This document shows, piece by piece, positions 51,721 to 55,734 of a stretch of 55,734 nt of DNA. The translations under genes were made by a program, and so were the position numbers. Location of the stretch: contig NC_068984.1 in the NCBI RefSeq assembly GCF_001194135.2, forward strand, positions 35,669,201-35,724,934. The letters are read 5' to 3'. How positions within the stretch are numbered: the stretch's first letter is position 1; each line of letters opens with the position of its first letter. The DNA comes from Octopus bimaculoides (Eukaryota). The notes below the pieces were generated by a model that ran no database searches, had not been told where the DNA came from, and was given only the letters and a program-made list of their open reading frames with translations.

Positions 51721-54700
51721 ATGAAGCAAACTAGTAAAATTAATAATCAATTTTACTTAGCGCTCCTTTACCAGTGAAATATACTATGATTTCAGTTTTA
51801 TGAACACAACGTACTATGTAAAAAGTGAAGCTAATTGAATCTAACTAAAACTGACAGATAATGTTCTACCGATTTGTGTGTTATTATCATTCTCTCTGTA
51901 TGTAGCGTTATCAAGCAATGTTTAAATATAAAATCAAATATTCGACACATGCTAGTTTAGCGAAATGTGAAAAACATGTAAATTTTTCAAGGTCAAGACT
52001 CACAGGGAAATCCTTCTACGTGTGCTCTTGCAAACAGGTATGTATCTGAATTCGAGAAAATTAATCTGTCAAGCTACTTTTTGAAGCCATTATCTAGTAA
52101 CCATTTTTGAAAATATATTCCGTTGATATTCGATAGTGTCGAAACTCAATATTATATACTAGCCTGATTCGTGGGCATTCTACGGAGCAGTTAACCTGTA
52201 CATCATTTTCATGAAAATAGATCGTAATGGAAACATCATCCAACGTAGGGTAACACGTGAAATACAACACGTGAAATGCAACACTTTCCTGATGTGTACA
52301 TTGCTGTAACATAAATACATAGAGTGACATTTTGGTTTTAAAATATTCATGAAGATTCATTGTAACTAAATCAAGTTCTGTTCAAACATCATTCTTGTAA
52401 TTAAATGCTATCTATGATTTGAGTGGATCGAATGAAAAGCAACAATTGACTTGATTTGTGAAATGTTAATAGAATCAGAATACAGTCATTTATATAAGTG
52501 TGTGTGTGTGTACATAAGCGTATACATACATTTACTTAAACAAACTCCTTATGTAATTGAAAAATATATATTAACACGGTATTGGTGCTCTAAAACCAGA
52601 AATTGTGATATATCATTATAATCCATTTATAGTAATCTAAGCATATCTATCTTTATAAAACTTAACTAGAAACCTCTGAGCAAACTAACAATCCACAAAT
52701 GCAATACACTAGGAAATAAAATTTTCCTCATCGTTGATTAGATAGTTATCTACATACGTTCTGGTTTGATAGGCTTTTCTTATTAACTCATGGGGTAGAC
52801 TGATGTAAACAAAAGCTGTGGCCTAATTTATCAACGGAATGACAAGAACCTTTATATGATGATAATAGACATTTAATCCAATACTTTGCCATCCTTAATT
52901 ATATTGCATTATATCATCTAGGCATATGTTAACCAACTTCTTTCTTAACAAAGTATACAGATATTTCACTGTTAAGGGATATTTCACTGATATTTCTAGC
53001 ATCACGAGTGACCCCATGGATGCTGCGACTCTTCTTTTTACTGAACAGTTGCTTGGTCATTAATACCTGTGTGATAACATAATTCCCTATAATTAATACA
53101 GCTAACGTAGCACTATTAGGCAATGATCAAGAGATGTCTAGGAAATATTTCTTTGTAATTACTTTCTCTGTAGTGTCGGATTTCTCTACGAACAAATGAA
53201 TTATATGTAAATTTTTCTGTAATAAATTAATGACGGTATGGTTCCTGATAGTTCATAACTCCCTTGATTGTCTTGTGCACATATACGCACGCTGAGCTTT
53301 CTGAAAGATTCAATTACCTATGTTTCTCACATACTTCTTTCCATGTTTAGATTTTTCACTTCAAAAGAAAATTCCAGTCTGCTTTCTGAGTATATTTTCT
53401 GAGAAAATTAAGTATATTTATTTCTTGTTCTCCAAAAAGGCACTATATTCAAAAGGTTTGTATTTCCGCTATCTCTTCTTCAGAACGTAAATTAAACCTG
53501 AAATATTCACATGCTGTTATGAATCGTATATCATTTTCAGCAGCACACAATGATATTCTCACTTGCTCTAGCCCAACGTATATCATAAAAAATGCAAATG
53601 ATTTAACACAGACTTTATACTCTGTCTTCCGTGGTAGACCGCCATTCCAATCAACCTTAAGAAAACTAATGCGAGGCCGACGATATTGTACCATTCATAT
53701 GCATAGATCGGTGAAGCTGCCGCATACACGATTCCAGACATCATCTGAAGAGATCTCACTCGAATGAGTGATACTAAGTCATACAGAAACTCATTTCAAC
53801 CAATGGCCAACAAAATTGTGTCACCACTATCTATCTCAACTGTTTTAACTAGACTGGTTTGCACACAATGTTGTTGGTTGACCTGTCTAAAACCTGGGAA
53901 GCAACCTCAGCCTACATATTTTGTCCGCTCACTGAAAACCATCATATACAATATATAATACTACAAAACATCGTACAAACCAATACGAAGATAATATAAT
54001 AATGATTTTTTAAGAAGTGTGGCTCTTTAGTCTTTACTCCCTAGACATGCCCAGTTGCAATAATTTAATTGTAGTCTAATGGATGAATATTACCAGCTGC
54101 GAAGAATCTATGAAGATCAGAGTGGCAGCATCTTCCATCAAACCAAGCTAATAAACTGATAGAAAAAAATGAAGCAGCTAAATGAGTTGTACCCCAACAG
54201 AAATCTAATTAGTTGGCTTATCACGTGCTGTTTATCCTATTGTATGTAGTGTCCATAATCAATCGATTTATGCATTGTCTTTCTCGTATATAATTTCGGT
54301 GTGTTAAGTTTCGTAGGACTTCCAAGAGATGATTGTATATGTGGATGTGTGTGTGTGAATTTGTGTGTGAGTGTGTGTGTGTGTGGGAGAGAGAGAGATA
54401 GAGTGTGTGTGTGTGTGAGTGTGTGTGTGTGCGTGCGTGTGTGTGTGTATGTGTGTGTGTGTGTGTGTGTGTGCATACATACAGTAAAATAAAGGAATCG
54501 TGTCAAATATGAAATTGATATATTGAGTATAAATATTGCGAATCGTCATATTAATCAGTACTCTTCATTGTTATACACATTTTTGCTTTTGCTAAATTGT
54601 ATACATTTAATTAATATAAAAGTAGTGCGGAGCAACAAATAGTAAACATTAAGCTTGTAACAAAATTGATGTCCTAATAAACAATGGAAAGGAAGGAGTT

Positions 54701-55694
54701 AGATTAAAATTAAAAAGAAAGAAGGGAAGACACATCCAAGACGAGATGAAGGGTTACAATGAAAGGAAAGGGAACTACTGAGAATGTTAAATGGAAGTTC
54801 AGAAACAAAGAAAGAATAAAATCGTACACCCACAAAAGAATAAACACATAAGGAATTATTTCAAATACAGTGATAATATTCAACTTGTATTTGGTTGAAT
54901 TTATGAAGGAAATAAATATTCGATGAAGAATCGCAGAGAAAGAAGAGTACAAGGAAAATTAGCAAAGGGTCGAAAATGGACGTACGAGAACGAATAAAAT
55001 AACAGACAAAATAGACATAAGAATATATATATAAAAAAACAAAAATATGGTGAGATGTTTTAGCGAGTGACAGGCGGGAAGATATTTTTTCTTGACACAT
55101 GGAGAAGAGTGTTCGATTAATGAATAAGAGAATGGGCTGGATTAAATTGCGTGGCTAACGAAGCTTACGTATCACAATTAAAATAAACCTCAGGAGAATA
55201 GTCAAGACAGATAATCAATATGCTGTTAGTAAGAGATATTTAAATGCCATGACTGTTTGAGGAGATGTATTTGTAATTGTAAGGGTGCGTATATGTGTCT
55301 GGTTCTACCCACACAATTGGAGACACACATTAATGCGTATAGGTCCATGGAGGCTCACGTGGATGTTTAAGTGTCTGCGTGTATAGCTATGTGTAAGGAT
55401 GTGTCTTTGAGAGCACATTTGTATTTATTTTTATCTATGCCTTGGAGTACATTACAAATATGTTCATGCGTGTATATGCTTGATTATACCCCTCTTTTCT
55501 CTATTATCATTACACATTTCATCTGTTTATATGCATAGGTTTCAATGGAATATTTACGTGTTTCTATTTGGGGATTTGTGAGTGATATTGTTTACTATTT
55601 CTTCAATTATTTGCATTTGATTTGAAATGCAAACAGGCTTCCCGCTATCAATGTTGAATGTCTCACGCTCATTTCTTTTTCTCTAGATTTTCAT

Positions 55695-55734
<40 letters not shown>

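Noticed and set aside
53560-53760. Minus-strand RLIGMAVYHGR resembling a HECT ligase segment
   Set aside because: Flanking HECT residues are absent, stops lie on both sides and there are no convincing splice sites.

Overview
AT-rich, microsatellite-dense eukaryotic draft scaffold with many N-gaps, most abutting (TA)n. The SINE family and repeat landscape look like an Octopus/cephalopod genome; this is inferred from recalled consensus, not from a search. I found no confidently identifiable host gene, only weak candidate exons on both strands. The window is mostly decayed mobile DNA: six copies of one tRNA-derived SINE, two CR1-type LINE fragments, a Tx1/L1-clade 3' fragment sitting in (TCTA)n, an RLE-type (HERO/NeSL-like) 3' fragment, a Penelope-like element (RT C-terminus plus GIY-YIG), a full-length dead mariner, an internally deleted hAT(m)-like transposase, non-autonomous Helitron ends and long foldback structures. 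The most notable observation is a ~0.45 kb repeat at 12668-13683, present in tandem and inverted copies. Two copies carry a type I hammerhead ribozyme fold with different lesions, and their consensus has a fully canonical catalytic core (retrozyme/Penelope pLTR-like). A second, decayed minimal hammerhead lies at 48445-48492, downstream of the Penelope-like element.
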